Shown: positions 37,169 through 49,763, counted from the first letter of the stretch. The stretch is DNA of 64,000 nucleotides from Felis catus (GCF_018350175.1 NC_058383.1:15068001-15132000), one strand, 5' to 3'. Notes: generated by a model from the sequence alone, not told the origin. A program made the numbers and translations.

Positions 37169-37789
37169 TCTTTGTAAACCCTAGCATTCCACACCATAAC
37201 ATACCAGCTTTTGTTTGAATATTAATCCATCTAAGATCACTGGCCAAGAGGTGAAATGGACGTTGGCTTGAACGTGTGCCGTGTTTATCCTATGATGTCG
37301 ATACGTTCTGGCCCGTTGCTACGTCCCCCGTACAAGGACCAGAAAGACAGGCAAACACACTCCTTATGCACAAAGCCCTTCCAAAGAAATCAAATTCCTA
37401 GGGGCTAATTGGCTTATTGAGCATGGAGTGCCTTTAGAGGATGCTTATTAATATCAATGTTGATCATCGATTTGTGGCATGTTTTATTAGAAGAACCACA
37501 CAGAAAACAAATGGATCCTTGGTGAAAGGAGGATTTTGGAATCTCCGGGCGGGTGAAAGACGGATCAAAACTTCTTAGCTACAATCATTTGTTATATTTT
37601 CTGGGCAGTCCAGAATGGACACTCGGTGCATCTAGAATTTTTTTGCTTCATGAAGACTGCGCTCTTGACCCCTTGCTCTCTCACTTCCTAAGGGACGCTA
37701 GTCCACTAATTATCACCTTCAAGCCCTTCTCCTCTGTTGTCACCATCCCCTCCATTCCAGTGTCCCCTGTCCTCGGAGGCCCTTCCATT

Positions 37790-38080
37790 AGGCAAATTGG
37801 TACAATAATTCTAGAGAGCGATTTGGCAAATCCAGCGAAAGAAAAAGCATGTATACTTTCTGACCCAGAAATTTCACTTCTAGAAAATTTATATTTAGAT
37901 ATACTTGCACTAGTTCATAAGGATAAATATACAAAGATGCTCATTGCAGCACTGCTGGTGGGAGCAAAAATAGAGCAGCCTCAACAGCCATCAACAGGGC
38001 ACTAAGTTAAATAAATCACAGTACAATAGAAAACCATGTTGGTAATAAATTGTTAAGTGAAAAAAACACTTGCGGGGCGA
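37790..38080 (+). mobile_element. L1ME-type 3' fragment
   Basis: ctttctgacccagaaatttcacttctagaaaatttat...acaaagatgctcattgcagcactg. Confidence 0.7.
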
Positions 38081-38221
38081 TGTGACTACTAATAACAACA
38101 AATTGTGCATATTTGGATGGATAAGTGTTTATTCTATCTACATTATACAGCTGCAGGGGGGTGCCATTCACGTCGGGTGCTTGTTTTGGAAGTGAATGTT
38201 GTACCCTGGAGCTGTACCACT

Positions 38222-38223
<2 letters not shown>

Positions 38224-38256
<33 letters not shown>
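38224..38256. repeat. (GT)n microsatellite
   Basis: Read directly. Confidence 0.95.
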
Positions 38257-38257
<1 letters not shown>

Positions 38258-38567
38258 CATGCTCTTAGGCACGCCCTGTGCATGAATTTATCTAACACAT
38301 AAGCTCTATGGTATTAATCCATCTCTTCCATGAGCCTCTAAACCACATGAGGAAAAGATTATTCACCTTATCCCCAGCACTCAGCACAGAGCCTGGCACA
38401 CCAATTTAGGGTGTTTGAATGCATATTGGTGTGAGCATTCACTGGGCCTAGGGTGTATCAGTTACTTATCATTTGCATTGATCTGAGAACCAGGCATGTC
38501 CTAAGGAGAGGAAATCAACATTTAGTATGTGATTTCTAGGCTCTTACACAAACACAACACACACGCC

Positions 38568-38790
38568 CAGTGTTCCAGGCTCGAACTGTGTTTGGAAAAG
38601 CTGAATTAAACAAAGATAAACCGCTTGCTTTGCTGTAGAGCATCTCCGAGATTTTCATAGGCATTGATATTCTCCAAGAGGTAGATAGATCATGGATTAT
38701 CATCTGAATTTTGCTGACCGTGAAGCACTTTTAGAGGAATATTTATTTACACCGATGTTCAGAGGCTCCTCAATTTGTAACGTGTTGCGC
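38568..38790 (+). mobile_element. hAT-Charlie MITE remnant (MER103C-like)
   Basis: tttggaaaagctgaattaaacaaagataaac...attctccaagagg resembles the recalled consensus. Confidence 0.5.
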
Positions 38791-39279
38791 TAGAAGAATC
38801 ATCACAAATAAACAGAAGCAAGTAAACCCCGGATAAAAGAGGGCTCCCAAGGTAGGGTCGGACAATCTCCCGGAGGATGAGAGTCATTCTAAGTCTCTTA
38901 GCTAAGATCATCTGAAATCCCAACTGGGCGGCTGGGACTGGAGGGAAGGGAAGGGAAAAGAAGTGGCCGGCACAACGAGGGAGAGAAAAGGATGATTGCT
39001 GCTGTGGCGATGTGGCAGCAGAAACCTCCCCCCCCGCCCCGCCCCAACAGGGGCTTCTGGGGACCTGGCAAGGCTATCAGTGAACACCCCCGAGAGAAGG
39101 GAATTGGGGTCAGCAGATTTATGGGTTCTTTTTGGAAAGTTCCTGATTTAGTAGGCACAGCCCATCAACCATAGAGTTTGTAAACTCACCCAATAGATTT
39201 TGATGGGCTAAATTTTGAACTGGCTCATATCTTGGCATTGCCCCTTCTACCTAACACTCTCCTTTCTTCCAGCCAGCAT

Positions 39280-40200
39280 ATGATCAGTGGACTGACAGGG
39301 ACAGAGGCCAGATCACAGTGAGGGAGGGGTGAGAAGTAAAAGAAAGGTAGAGCATTAGAACAAGAGTAGGAAATGTTTTCAGGAAGTTTGAACAAAATGA
39401 TAACATATCAGCTTTTTTTTTAAAGATAAGTGACATGAGAACGAATGTTTATGATTGGGGGAAGAAGAAAGAGATTGAAGAATAATAAAGGAGATAAAAT
39501 TGATGGAAGAAGGTGAGAGAGGGTGCCGGAAATGAATGCCCACACACATGTGGCAGGTGGTCCTTGGACAGGTAGAGGGACCCCTCTTTCACTATGATGG
39601 GAAGGGAGGAGAAAAAATGAACCAGAATGCAGAAAACGTGACAGGAGGATGGGTAGAAAGTTGAGGACGTTTTTTCTTGGGGCCTTTGTTGTATTTGTGA
39701 AGGAGGAAGTGACATGGTTTTTAGAAGAGTGAACAGGGGTTGAAACAGTCATGGTGAAGAATGTGAGGGGACCTGCCCACTAGAAGAATCTAGGCCACAC
39801 GGAGGACCCACTGGGGTTGAAGGTTGTCAGTGTGTGAGGTTGCCTACCCATGCCCCGTATCCATAAAGGATTTTCTTTCACAGTGTTTCCACATCCTGAA
39901 GTGGGAACAGCAATGGTAAACATCTGTAGAGTGGGTTGTCAAAGAGAGGAGCGCTCCGCGTGAGCTCTCAGAGGTGGAGTATTCTAGAAGGTGATAAGAT
40001 GATGGCTCAGGCCACAGGAGTGAAGATGGAGAGGGAAGAAAGTCACTGGAGTTGAAGTTGAGGAAATAGGAGGTGAAAATTTTGGCTGGTCATCCACAGG
40101 TTGTCTTACTTTCCTCAGGATGGATACAAGACTTAACAAGCCGCTAATGTACTCAAGAAGTGTGGTGATGATCAGAAGGAAAGCAGATGATGGCAACTAG
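39280..40200 (-). mobile_element. L2 internal fragment, antisense
   Basis: Purine-rich stretch with L2-like motifs (gaggccagatcacagtgagggaggggtgagaag...tgttttcaggaagtttg). Confidence 0.55.
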
Positions 40201-40330
40201 GAGAGACTGGAGGCGAGATTTTTACATAGCTCTTAAGGGTTTGTGATATGAAGGTCTCCCAATAGCCTGTTCGGGTGAAACATGTCACTGTTCCTCTCAG
40301 GGGTCCTGGAGGACCTCCCCATTCTCCCAA

Positions 40331-40346
40331 GTGTGTGTGTGTATGT

Positions 40347-40378
<32 letters not shown>
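40331..40378. repeat. Abutting (GT)n and (CA)n microsatellites
   Basis: gtgtgtgtgtgtatgtgcacacacacacacac... Confidence 0.95.
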
Positions 40379-40380
<2 letters not shown>

Positions 40381-41899
40381 TGCTCCAATAAGAATGGGTC
40401 CTCTTCTCTGTTTTAAGTACTAACATTCCCCACAAGACATTTTAGAAAGGTTTTTGTGAGCAAAAAAGCTAAATATCACTGATGAGGCCCAACCCTTCCT
40501 AACCCAACAATGAGCCCAAGACCATCTGGTGAGTTGAAGGAGGCTCCCACCGCTGAATCCCACTACGGTAGTGTATGGTGTGCACTCTCCCCTAAGATGC
40601 CCCATGGCTACTGCTCATTGATGACGCACCCTTGTTAGGGCTGATGAGGTCCGGCAGAGCCTGGAACCCAGGGGAGGGAGGAACAGTGGCCATCGTGGGG
40701 CCATGAAATTCCTGGACACCTTGGGACAGGGTGGAGAGGATGAAGAAGAGAAATGAGGATGGGCAGACTGGGGGAGGGCAGATTCTGGTCGATTCCAGCC
40801 CAGCTAGGGAGGCCAGCTTAGTAAGCAGGCAATAAAGGTTGAGTTCCTTCTGCCTCTCCTATGCAGGACCTTAAATCATGGAGGAGTTTATGGGTCTTGT
40901 TTATGTAGAGACTCTTTTTATAAGCTATTCAGAACAGGGGTGGGAGGGAGACATAGGGAGAGAAAAATTCCCTTTGAATTTCCATTGCTTTCAGAATCAG
41001 CAATTTAATGAGTCATGCATTCTGAATCCTTGCTTTGTCTACACGTTTTCATTTCAAAATACTAAAAACACTTTGTTTGGAACATGGACTATTTTTAGTT
41101 CATATATCAAGAGTCCACATCCATTTCTCCCCATATTAGAAAAACTTCCTTCAGATTGGGTTGGGGCAGCACCAAAGCGGTAGGGCTGTTTACTTAGCTG
41201 TAGTTTGTGGAAGCCACCTGGGCATCTCTCTGCCTCCTGGGGGCTCCTTCCAGCTGGCCATCTGGGCCTACTGACGATCCATGGGTCAGCTCTAGAACTG
41301 GCCCAAAGACCCCAGATCCCATAGTCTGGATAAAAGGGGAAAAACATCCCCTCAGACCTCCAGGCTGAGGAGTCAGCACCTTGGCAGGCTAGAGGCAAGT
41401 CAGGTCTTCATGCTGACTCAAAGAAATGAAGAAGGTCCCCATGGATAGGTCATCTCCTTCAGGTACATCAAGAGAAAGCCTACCCACACTTAAGCAAAGA
41501 CAGGAATAAATTCTTCTGCAGGATTCTTCTGTAAATCTCAAGAAGAGATCTGGGAGGAAGGCTGGAGGTACCAAAGGGTACCCTACTTCTCCAGTCCCTG
41601 CCCTCTGCATAGGGTCTCTCTCCACCCTGCACTTAGAGAGTGCCCCCAGCCAGTTTTATCTACCTCACTGTTTTTGTTCCATCAGTGATAATTCTCTCGT
41701 CTGGGGACCACTTTCTTTTAAACCCTCCAGCTTAGAGCATTAATTGCAAGTACCTTTCCAGCACTTAATGGACAGCCAGCCAACTTCAAGAATGGGTTAC
41801 AAAATCCAATATCTCAAGGAAGTAGGGTGATGAGGTACTCACTTCTCTGGCCATTGCCTTCCTCTCCCATCTGTGTATTTATAGTGGAAGAAACCGTGT

Positions 41900-42272
41900 C
41901 CGTGCCCTCTGACTCTCTTCCCCTGGACCCTGCTGATTTGATCTCGAATGGACAACAATGAGCCTATTCCCGGGGAATTTGAAATTGAAACCATGCTGAT
42001 TCTCAGCTGAGGCTAGTTGCCAAATTGGCAGCTATCTGACATGGATACTTTTCACGTGGACAGAGAAACTGAGGAGATATAGATAGGCAGAGAGAAGTAG
42101 TTTTCTTGGGTTTACTGTGTCCCCCTAGGCCCTCATTCCAGCCACCTCCGAGGCCTTGGATTCCACGAGGCAACCCCCATGTCCCTAACCCCTGCCTAAA
42201 GTCTTCCAAATATATTTTCCTTTCCATCTAGGAGAGCTCTACCTGACTTCTGTTACTTGCAACCAAAATGGT
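41900..42272 (+). mobile_element. Possible ERVL LTR remnant (LTR16/LTR33-like)
   Basis: 3' motif ttctgttacttgcaaccaaaa is typical of these LTR ends; body highly diverged. Confidence 0.4.
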
Positions 42273-43949
42273 ACCAGGAAGGGGGAGAATGACCTGGGGC
42301 AGGAAGATGGGACACATTGAGGAGATGCCTCCCTACTTTGTAATTTTGCCTACTCTGCCCGCACCAGGCATAACCACGTGGGCCACCACACAGCCTGCTT
42401 CAGGGGCTGAGGAGGCCTCTGATGCTCTGTAGGCTAGCCCTAACATTGTCCCCTCTGAAGGAGTTTCCAACCAAGGAACAAAGGACCGGGACACAATGTG
42501 CTCCGCGAGACAACGTTGCTGGGGACTGTTGTGAGGACATGCTTCCGGTGGGCCGCGTTCCTGTCCCCTCCATGCCCAACCCTTGTGCTGAGACCCAGAC
42601 CATCAAACCCCCCTCCCATGGCCCCACCTCATCCTTCTTTTTAGCCCTCTTGCTCTGTCTACTGCACAAGGAAATCTTTGAGAAATGTGTGAGTGTGTCC
42701 CCAAGGAAGGAGTAAGTAAATATGGGTTTGTGGTGATGTGAATGCATGATAGGAATAATCCAGGAGTCGTAGAGACCCTCGGCGTGGGGCCCACAAAGAA
42801 TTGATGCCAACCCCCCAGGAGAAGCCGATGGTGTGGGAGAAGCAGACTGTTTCCACCTGGGCCACTGCTGCCCTTGGAGACGGGCGAAACTAATCCGTCC
42901 AATTCATGCCCATCACAGCTCTGGCCCCAAATCCTAAATCCCAAAGCCACAGGAGCAAATGAGGAAATATTTTTTATTGTGGGAATATGTTGAGCAAAAT
43001 GGTCTTTCTGACTCCATCAGACTTCTTTGCTGCTTCCTGTACAATATCATCATGGCCAGTAGGGTAGATGACTATCCTTTCCACATTTGCCATTTGCCAC
43101 AATGCCCACAGGACATGCAGAAGAGTTTCTCTGCCCCAGTCCTGACCTCCCTCCCTCAACATGTCCCCTTCTTTCCCAGGGCAAGCACCCAGGATTCGAT
43201 CACTTATCCTAGGCTGAGGAAAGGCCGACCAGGAAATTCACCCTTGGAATGGACCATTCTTCCTCTTGGGGCTCCTCTCCTGGAAGCGGTGAGCTGGAAC
43301 GGGGAGGCCCAGCCCAGGTCCATCCTCCCACCCTAGCCAACCCTCCTGATCAGAGACTTGCTCCAAGCCTGCCCTTCAGCACACCATGCCCTTGGCCACG
43401 GGTCTCATCAGCCCCCAGCTTTCACTTCCCAAACAGTAAGGTGTGTTGGAGAAGATTCTGGATTGAACCTGCAGTCTCGTCCCCAGCCCCTGGGAGAAAT
43501 CACTAAAAAGCAGGAGCTGTAGTCACCAGATATATTCCCACTTCCTTTTTCCCTCCTGCAGCCCAAACCATAAACTCACGGCCCCCACCATGAACACTTT
43601 CGGTCCCTCCTGGCAACCGGTGGCAGAGACGGCTGGAGGGCCCATTCCCAGTAGCCCGAGGGAGACCATTCCAGAGCATATCCGATTCCATGACTCACCA
43701 CAGACCAACTCCTTGATCACGTAGATCAAAATTTCCCTCTGTACAAAAAACCTCCCGGAGGTGAAATTCCTCTTGAGTTTTTACAGCCTTGAACGTCTCC
43801 AAGGGCAAGAAAGAGAGCAGGACTGAACCCCTGTGGCTCGGGGAGCACAAAACCCCTCCCCCTCAACCGACCTCCTCACCTGTAAGAGGGGAGAGGCAGG
43901 CAGGCCAGCGGTTACGAATGTAAGTTTCGGATTCAGAGAGATTTGGGCA

Positions 43950-44070
43950 GGAATCCTGGGTTTCCCTTTGCCTGGGCCATCTGGAGAAAGTTGTCGAATA
44001 TCTTACTTTTCTCCCGTAAAAATGGGGTTAATGACACATCCTCCGGGGTTATTGTGAGGGTTCATTGCCA
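43950..44070 (+). mobile_element. MIR core fragment
   Basis: ttttctcccgtaaaaatggggttaatgacacatcctccggggttattgtgaggg. Confidence 0.65.
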
Positions 44071-44689
44071 AGACTGGGAGACTGCGAGATTATCTCTGCC
44101 AAGCTCCTGCTCCCATGCCGCCACGGGGTACGCACTCTATAAATGATATCTGTCCTTCCTAACAAGCACCCCCGAACCTAATCAGCTCCTGACAGGGTCA
44201 GTCTGCAAACCCATCCTCTTGCTCTGTCCACACGTCTCAGATACAGCCCGTGGAAACCTGTCAGGCTCAAGACGTGCGGTAAAACCTCTGTACCCAGCTG
44301 GGACGCGCATCCTCTCAGGACCCCTCCCAGGCGTCCTGTCCTCGCCCCCACCCACAGGACACTCAGACGCTCGGCAGCAAAGGCTCCCAGCCCCCGCCCC
44401 CGCACCACCCCCTACCTGAGGGCTGAAAACAATCAAGTCCTGAGCAAACACTCGAGAAAGCGCTTTCTCCGGGGGGTTTGGGGGGAGAAGACTTGCCAAG
44501 TGGGGAAGTCGGGGGCCTGGCTCCTCGGCGGCTCCTCTCCCCCTCCGGGGGCTCCTCTGCCCCCCTTTTCCTCATTCTCAGGCTTCCCCTCTCCAGGTTG
44601 CTCGGGCAGCCGCATCGGAGGTCCAGGGCGATGTTCTCAGGGAGATTTGCGAGCACATCAAGGGAACGTCAGCGGAGACACACGGTCTG

Positions 44690-45100
44690 CAAGAAGTTGA
44701 CAGAAACTTACTGCCCGCACGGTGCTGCTCGGTTATTTACTCAACGTCGGTTGCCTAAATTATTTACACCCTCCCTTCCGTGTTTAAACAGGACAATGCA
44801 CAACCCGCACAATCCTGGCACTAAGAAGTATAATTACAGTTGTGACAGATGTTTAGTTATTAATAAGGCCTCAATGTCACCAGAGGGTATTACACAACAA
44901 ACCAATAATGTGCCTTTGGAAGCAACCTTTGGAATATTTACAGGTACTTTTCCGCTCACACTCCCGGGGGCTCTGCTGTAGTATTCTGCTACAGCGGCCA
45001 ACGTGATTGCAACTTGCAAGAAAGCCCGGCGCCTTGCCAGCATAATTTGTTGCCTGGCTGTTGACATCAGCAGAGCCACGGAATCAAAGTGGGGGCCAGA
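44690..45100. promoter_or_regulatory. Candidate enhancer / conserved non-coding element next to a CpG-rich patch
   Basis: Repeat-free; TATTTAC x3 (44734, 44761, 44935), TGTTTAAACA (44781), TGACAG x2 (44698, 44843), TAATTA (44831), ACAATG (44793); CpG-rich flank from ~44250. Confidence 0.5.
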
Positions 45101-45958
45101 GTTAGAAATAGCCGTCTTCGGGAGGGGACTCTTGCCAAGCCTCCCGGCTTGTGACGCTGCTGGCGATCCCAGGGCAATGTCGTCCTGTCTTCTGTAGACA
45201 AACCTAACAGCGTCCAAGACTAGTTTCCTTCACCAGCTTCCAACAGGCTTGTTTCCCACGTGTACTGAGCGGCTGGGTTCCCTTTACGTCACCATCTCTC
45301 CTTTTCTCTCCCACACCTGGTTAACCCCTTCCCGTCCTTTGTGAGGGGGCTCAGGTTAAGACCCCCCTCCTCTGGGCCCACTTCTGCTGTTGCCCACAGT
45401 CTCCGCCCCCTTTCCCGGCAGCACTGCGTTGAGCAAAGCTCCAGGCAGGGAGTAATTCACATGCACACCGTGTCATGGGGGCCGGGGGCGGGGGGGGGGG
45501 GGAACAACCTTAAAATAATTGGTTGTGCAATAAATGCTTATTGAACTAACACTTGATCAATATTGGTTCTCTTTGGTTCCATACTGAAGTTAAAAGGAAA
45601 GGAAAATAAAACAGAGTCTCAAGAGGAGCGAAGCACAGAGAGTTCAGCTGGAAGGATCTTGGTGGTGAAACAAAACGAGCCCTGGTCACCTTACACCGAG
45701 TCCTCGTCTGAGAGAGCTGGCCCCGGGGGCATCTGCACATTGCAGCTGGCAGTGGCCTCTCCCGGCAACAGGCAAATGGGTCTCCAGCCCTCACTCTGGG
45801 TCCCTGTCCATCACCTCCTGGGAAAAGGCTCCCAGCTCTACTTCTAGCCTTCTCGTTCTGATGAGAGGTCTGTTTCTATATCTGGGAAGCATTCCCCCTG
45901 CAGAAGTCAGCTCATAGGGGATAGGCTCAGAAAATGCCTTTAGGAAACACAAAGGCTT

Positions 45959-46175
45959 GGGGCGCCTGGGTGGCTCAGTCGGGTAAGTATCTAACTTTGG
46001 CTCAGGTTACGATCTCGCGATTCGTGAGTTCGAGCCCCGCGTTGGGCTCTGTGCTGACAGCTCAGAGCCTGTAGCCTGCTTCGGATTCTGTCTCTCTGTC
46101 TCCCTCTCTCTTTCTCTGTCCCTTCCCCACTCACACTTTGCCTCTCTCTCTCAAAAATAAATAAACATTAAAAAA
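45959..46175 (+). mobile_element. Can-SINE
   Basis: Degenerate TSD ggaaacacaaaggcttg / ggaaacctaaagccttg. Confidence 0.95.
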
Positions 46176-46349
46176 GTTTTAGGAAACCTAAAGCCTTGAA
46201 GAGGTGTGTGCGCATGTTATCAGTGTTGTAAACTCTGGTTGTGACTGAATGCGTGGTAGGCACTGAATGTCAGCCCCATCCCAGCCCAAATGAGACAGGC
46301 TCAGCCATAGGTAAGACACATCCATGCAAGCCTACTTATCTCCAGGGTT

Positions 46350-46350
<1 letters not shown>

Positions 46351-46380
<30 letters not shown>
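46351..46380. repeat. (CA)n microsatellite
   Basis: Read directly. Confidence 0.95.
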
Positions 46381-46382
<2 letters not shown>

Positions 46383-47794
46383 CTCACAGACAGGTCTTCA
46401 AACATTCACAGCCTATGTGTGATCTCACACTCACATCCAGCCCCTGCCCTTGGACACACAGCCACACAGCTGCACACACTGTCCCCTTCAACACGAGCAC
46501 CCACAGGAACCCTCACACATGTAGGCACACAACCCATACCCGCACGCACTATGGCACCTGCTGACCCACACGTGCTGCGCACACATCTGTACTCTTGTCA
46601 TCATCTCTAGTTACCACGTTAAGTTAAAAAGGAAAAACAAATGTCCTGTGTCATTACGGTAGAAATACAAAACAAAACAAAACAAAACAGTGTCATTTTA
46701 TTTTCAGATAGGCTTTTAGTTGCCATGACAGGCTTCGCACCATGAAAGTTGTGATTGGTGGCAAACACAGATTTCAAAAGAGAGTAATTAGCTCCCCATA
46801 TACAAGAACTTCCGAATATGCTGAGTCCCCTCCCTCATCAGTCCCCTCCATGCAGAGTGGACACCAGGGCAGGGGCAACCCCCCCCCCCAGTGCTAGCCT
46901 GGCCGCCAAGGCAGCACTAGGACCTGCCAAGAGCTCTCAGCAAAGATGTCCAAGCTGATGGTCACAAGGGCATTAGAACCCAATCCACTTAATTACTTGG
47001 AACTTGCTCCTAGCTCAACAGGAGCAAGGCCCTCGGGGTGCAGCTTCCCCATAAGGAACAATTACACCTGCTCAGCTGGCCTCTGCTGCCCTTCACTGCA
47101 GCACTCGTGATGTGTCAGAGAAACACAAAGCTGGGGGCTGGTCTCTTGGCCAAAAGGGGACTTGGCTCTTCCAGCTGGAAGCTATCTCCCCAGAATGCTC
47201 CTCCCCAGGTCAAGGCTGGCCTGTCACACAATGGGGGATACCAAAGGAGCCCTCCATAGGCTGGGGCTGACGGCCCAGGGTCAACTAAGTCGGCATGTGG
47301 ATAGAAGATGGACGTGCACCCTGCCATTTCTCTAGGAGCTTCTCGAAGACAAGAGCCATGGTGCACACACCTGCCAAGTCCCTGGTGGCCCTTATGCACC
47401 TTGAGACCCATAGTAAATACCTGCTGAACATAACTCTTTGTCCCCACATTAACTGCTTATCTCTTTTCCTCATGAGAATCCTAAGGGCAATTAACTTCTA
47501 GAATTTCTCCTTCATGCCCCTTTGCCACTTGTCTTTATTACCATCTGAAAGGTCAGCCAGGAGCTGGTTTCTGAGCCCACGTTTTGAAGTTAGAGCTTTG
47601 GGCTAATTCCTGGACCCACAGTGGTGTCTTTCCTCTTCAGCTTTTCATTTCAACAAATGACCCAATCACTTCCTTTTACATCTAGAATGTTCCTTGAGCA
47701 CTGCCCATCCACTGTGAGGCACTCAGGGCCACTCAAGGTGTCCCATCTACTCCATCTCTCTTACCAATGCATAATATGCAGAGACTGGGGGTGG

Positions 47795-48013
47795 TGAGGA
47801 GTTTGAGAACACGGATAATTGAATCAGGCCATGCAGGTCACATCCTGACTTTGCCGGTTATGGGCTGTGTGACTTTGGAGAAGTAACTTAACTCCTCTGT
47901 GCTTCAGTTCCCCCATCTGCAAAATGGGTCTCATAATAATGGCACCTACTTTTTAGGATTATTGTAAAGCGCTTGGCACAGAGTAAGTGCTACGTATGCT
48001 AGATATCATTATT
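47795..48013 (+). mobile_element. MIR
   Basis: gctgtgtgactttggagaagtaacttaactcctctgtgcttcagttcccccatctgcaaaatggg...gtaaagcgcttggcacagagtaagtgct. Confidence 0.9.
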
Positions 48014-48221
48014 AATTCCTTTCTTTTGCACCTAACAGGCTGAACACCCACTCTGTTCAGATGGGTGTTGGGCTGAACCTATAGGAGGATAGGGACAGAC
48101 ACAGCCCCAAAGAACCCAGAATCAAGATGGGAACACAGACACAAAGCATAGACCAAAGAAGGGGCTGCTCTTGCTTCTTCAGTTCAATGAGTCAGTTTGT
48201 CATAAAGAGTATCCAAGAGGA

Positions 48222-48422
48222 GGGGTGCCTGGGTGGCTCCGTCGGTGAATGTCCGACTTCGGCTCAGGTCGTGATCTCGCGGTCCATGAGTTCGAGCCCC
48301 GCGTCGGGCTCTGTGCTGACGGCCTGGAGCCTGCTTCGAATTCTGTGTCTCCCTCTCTCTCTGCTCTCCCCCACTCACACTCTGTCTCTCTCTCAAAAAT
48401 AAATAAACATTAAAAAAAAAAA
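48222..48422 (+). mobile_element. Can-SINE
   Basis: TSD agtatccaagagg. Confidence 0.95.
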
Positions 48423-49336
48423 AAGTATCCAAGAGGGGAGGTTCTAATTCTTGCCTTCAGTCCCACCATTTAAGAGCACAATGGATCCCTGTGCCTGCCT
48501 CTGTGGAGGGGAGAAGTAGGGATGCAGTCTCCATGAATCGGTCAACCTCATCATTCCAGCATCCATGTCTCTGAGCATCCCGTTGGGTACATGGGTCACC
48601 GGCAAACTCAGTCCTTGGTAGACTGTCGTCCCTTTTGGAGTGTCTGAAAATGCAATCACTGTGGGAGCGAGGTATGGCTGAAAATCTAATGTTTATGATT
48701 GGAGGGCACCATCTTGCATTTTTTGGCATAAATAATTCACAAATACGGGGTAGATGCACCCCAAGTACTGCCCAGACTGATTATTCAGACTAAGAACCAC
48801 TTCGAATGTTTGCCAAGAATGCTCCCCCCATTCTGACCACATTGGGCATCAGGTTAGTCTTTTGTATCTTGTAACCCCTGCTACATTTTACAGTTGTTGA
48901 GAGACACATTATAAGCACAACTGTATCCTCTGTAATGCTCAACAAGGGTTTTGCAGGTGGATCTTTTCTCTCAAAGTCCTCCGCCTGTGTGTCATCAGAT
49001 TGATCCACAAATAAAATTTATTTTTGTTATAATGGAATGTAATTCTAATTAACACTTTGCTCATCACTTCTTTCACTTACTACTTTTTAGCATAGTTCAA
49101 GTTTATTTTTAGCATATTTCCCGTACTGCACATTACTATTATTTATAGTCATCTTGCTGGACTTCAGGTCTCTAGAACATATTCATCTTGTAACTAAAAT
49201 TTTGTAACCTCTGACCAACATCTCCCTTCCCCTCCCCCGCCCTCCACCCCCTGGAAATCACCATTCTATTATCTGTTACTTCTTTTTTTAGATTCTGTAT
49301 ATAAGGGAGGTCATGCATTATTTGTCATTCTGTATC

Positions 49337-49607
49337 TGGCTTATTTCACTTAGCATAATGTCCTCCAATTTCATCCATGTTGTAGCAAATGGCAGGATTT
49401 CCTTCATTTTTTTTTGACTGATTAATATTCCAATGTGTGTGTGATATATATATATGTATATATGTATATGTACATATATATGTATATATGTATATGTATA
49501 TATATCACACACACATTGGAATATTAATCAGTCAAAAAATGAAGGAAATCCTGCCATTTGCTGCAACATGGATGAAATTGGAGGATTATGCTAAGTGAAA
49601 TAAGCCA
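49337..49607. repeat. ~110 bp-arm inverted duplication around a TA/TATG microsatellite
   Basis: 49337-49450 and ~49497-49607 are reverse complements apart from a 2-nt indel, one substitution and a T9/A6 run difference. Confidence 0.97.
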
Positions 49608-49609
49608 AA

Positions 49610-49713
49610 TATGTGTATATCTGTATACACACACACACACACACATACACATATATATATATATATACCATACACACACATATATATATATGGATTATAT
49701 ATATATGCATATA

Positions 49714-49761
<48 letters not shown>
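49610..49761. repeat. (CA)n/(TA)n compound microsatellite
   Basis: Read directly. Confidence 0.95.

Positions 49762-49763
<2 letters not shown>

Noticed and set aside
37553..38005. 150-aa ORF
   Set aside because: Non-ATG start; the 3' half is an L1ME remnant; no recognisable protein
41005..41420. AP-1/MAF-like motifs (tgagtca, tgctgactca)
   Set aside because: Isolated short motifs at a frequency expected by chance, with no other support
44478..44981. 167-aa ORF, the longest in the track
   Set aside because: TTG start, Pro/Arg/Ser-rich as expected for GC-rich DNA, no recognisable homology; a non-coding element is the simpler reading
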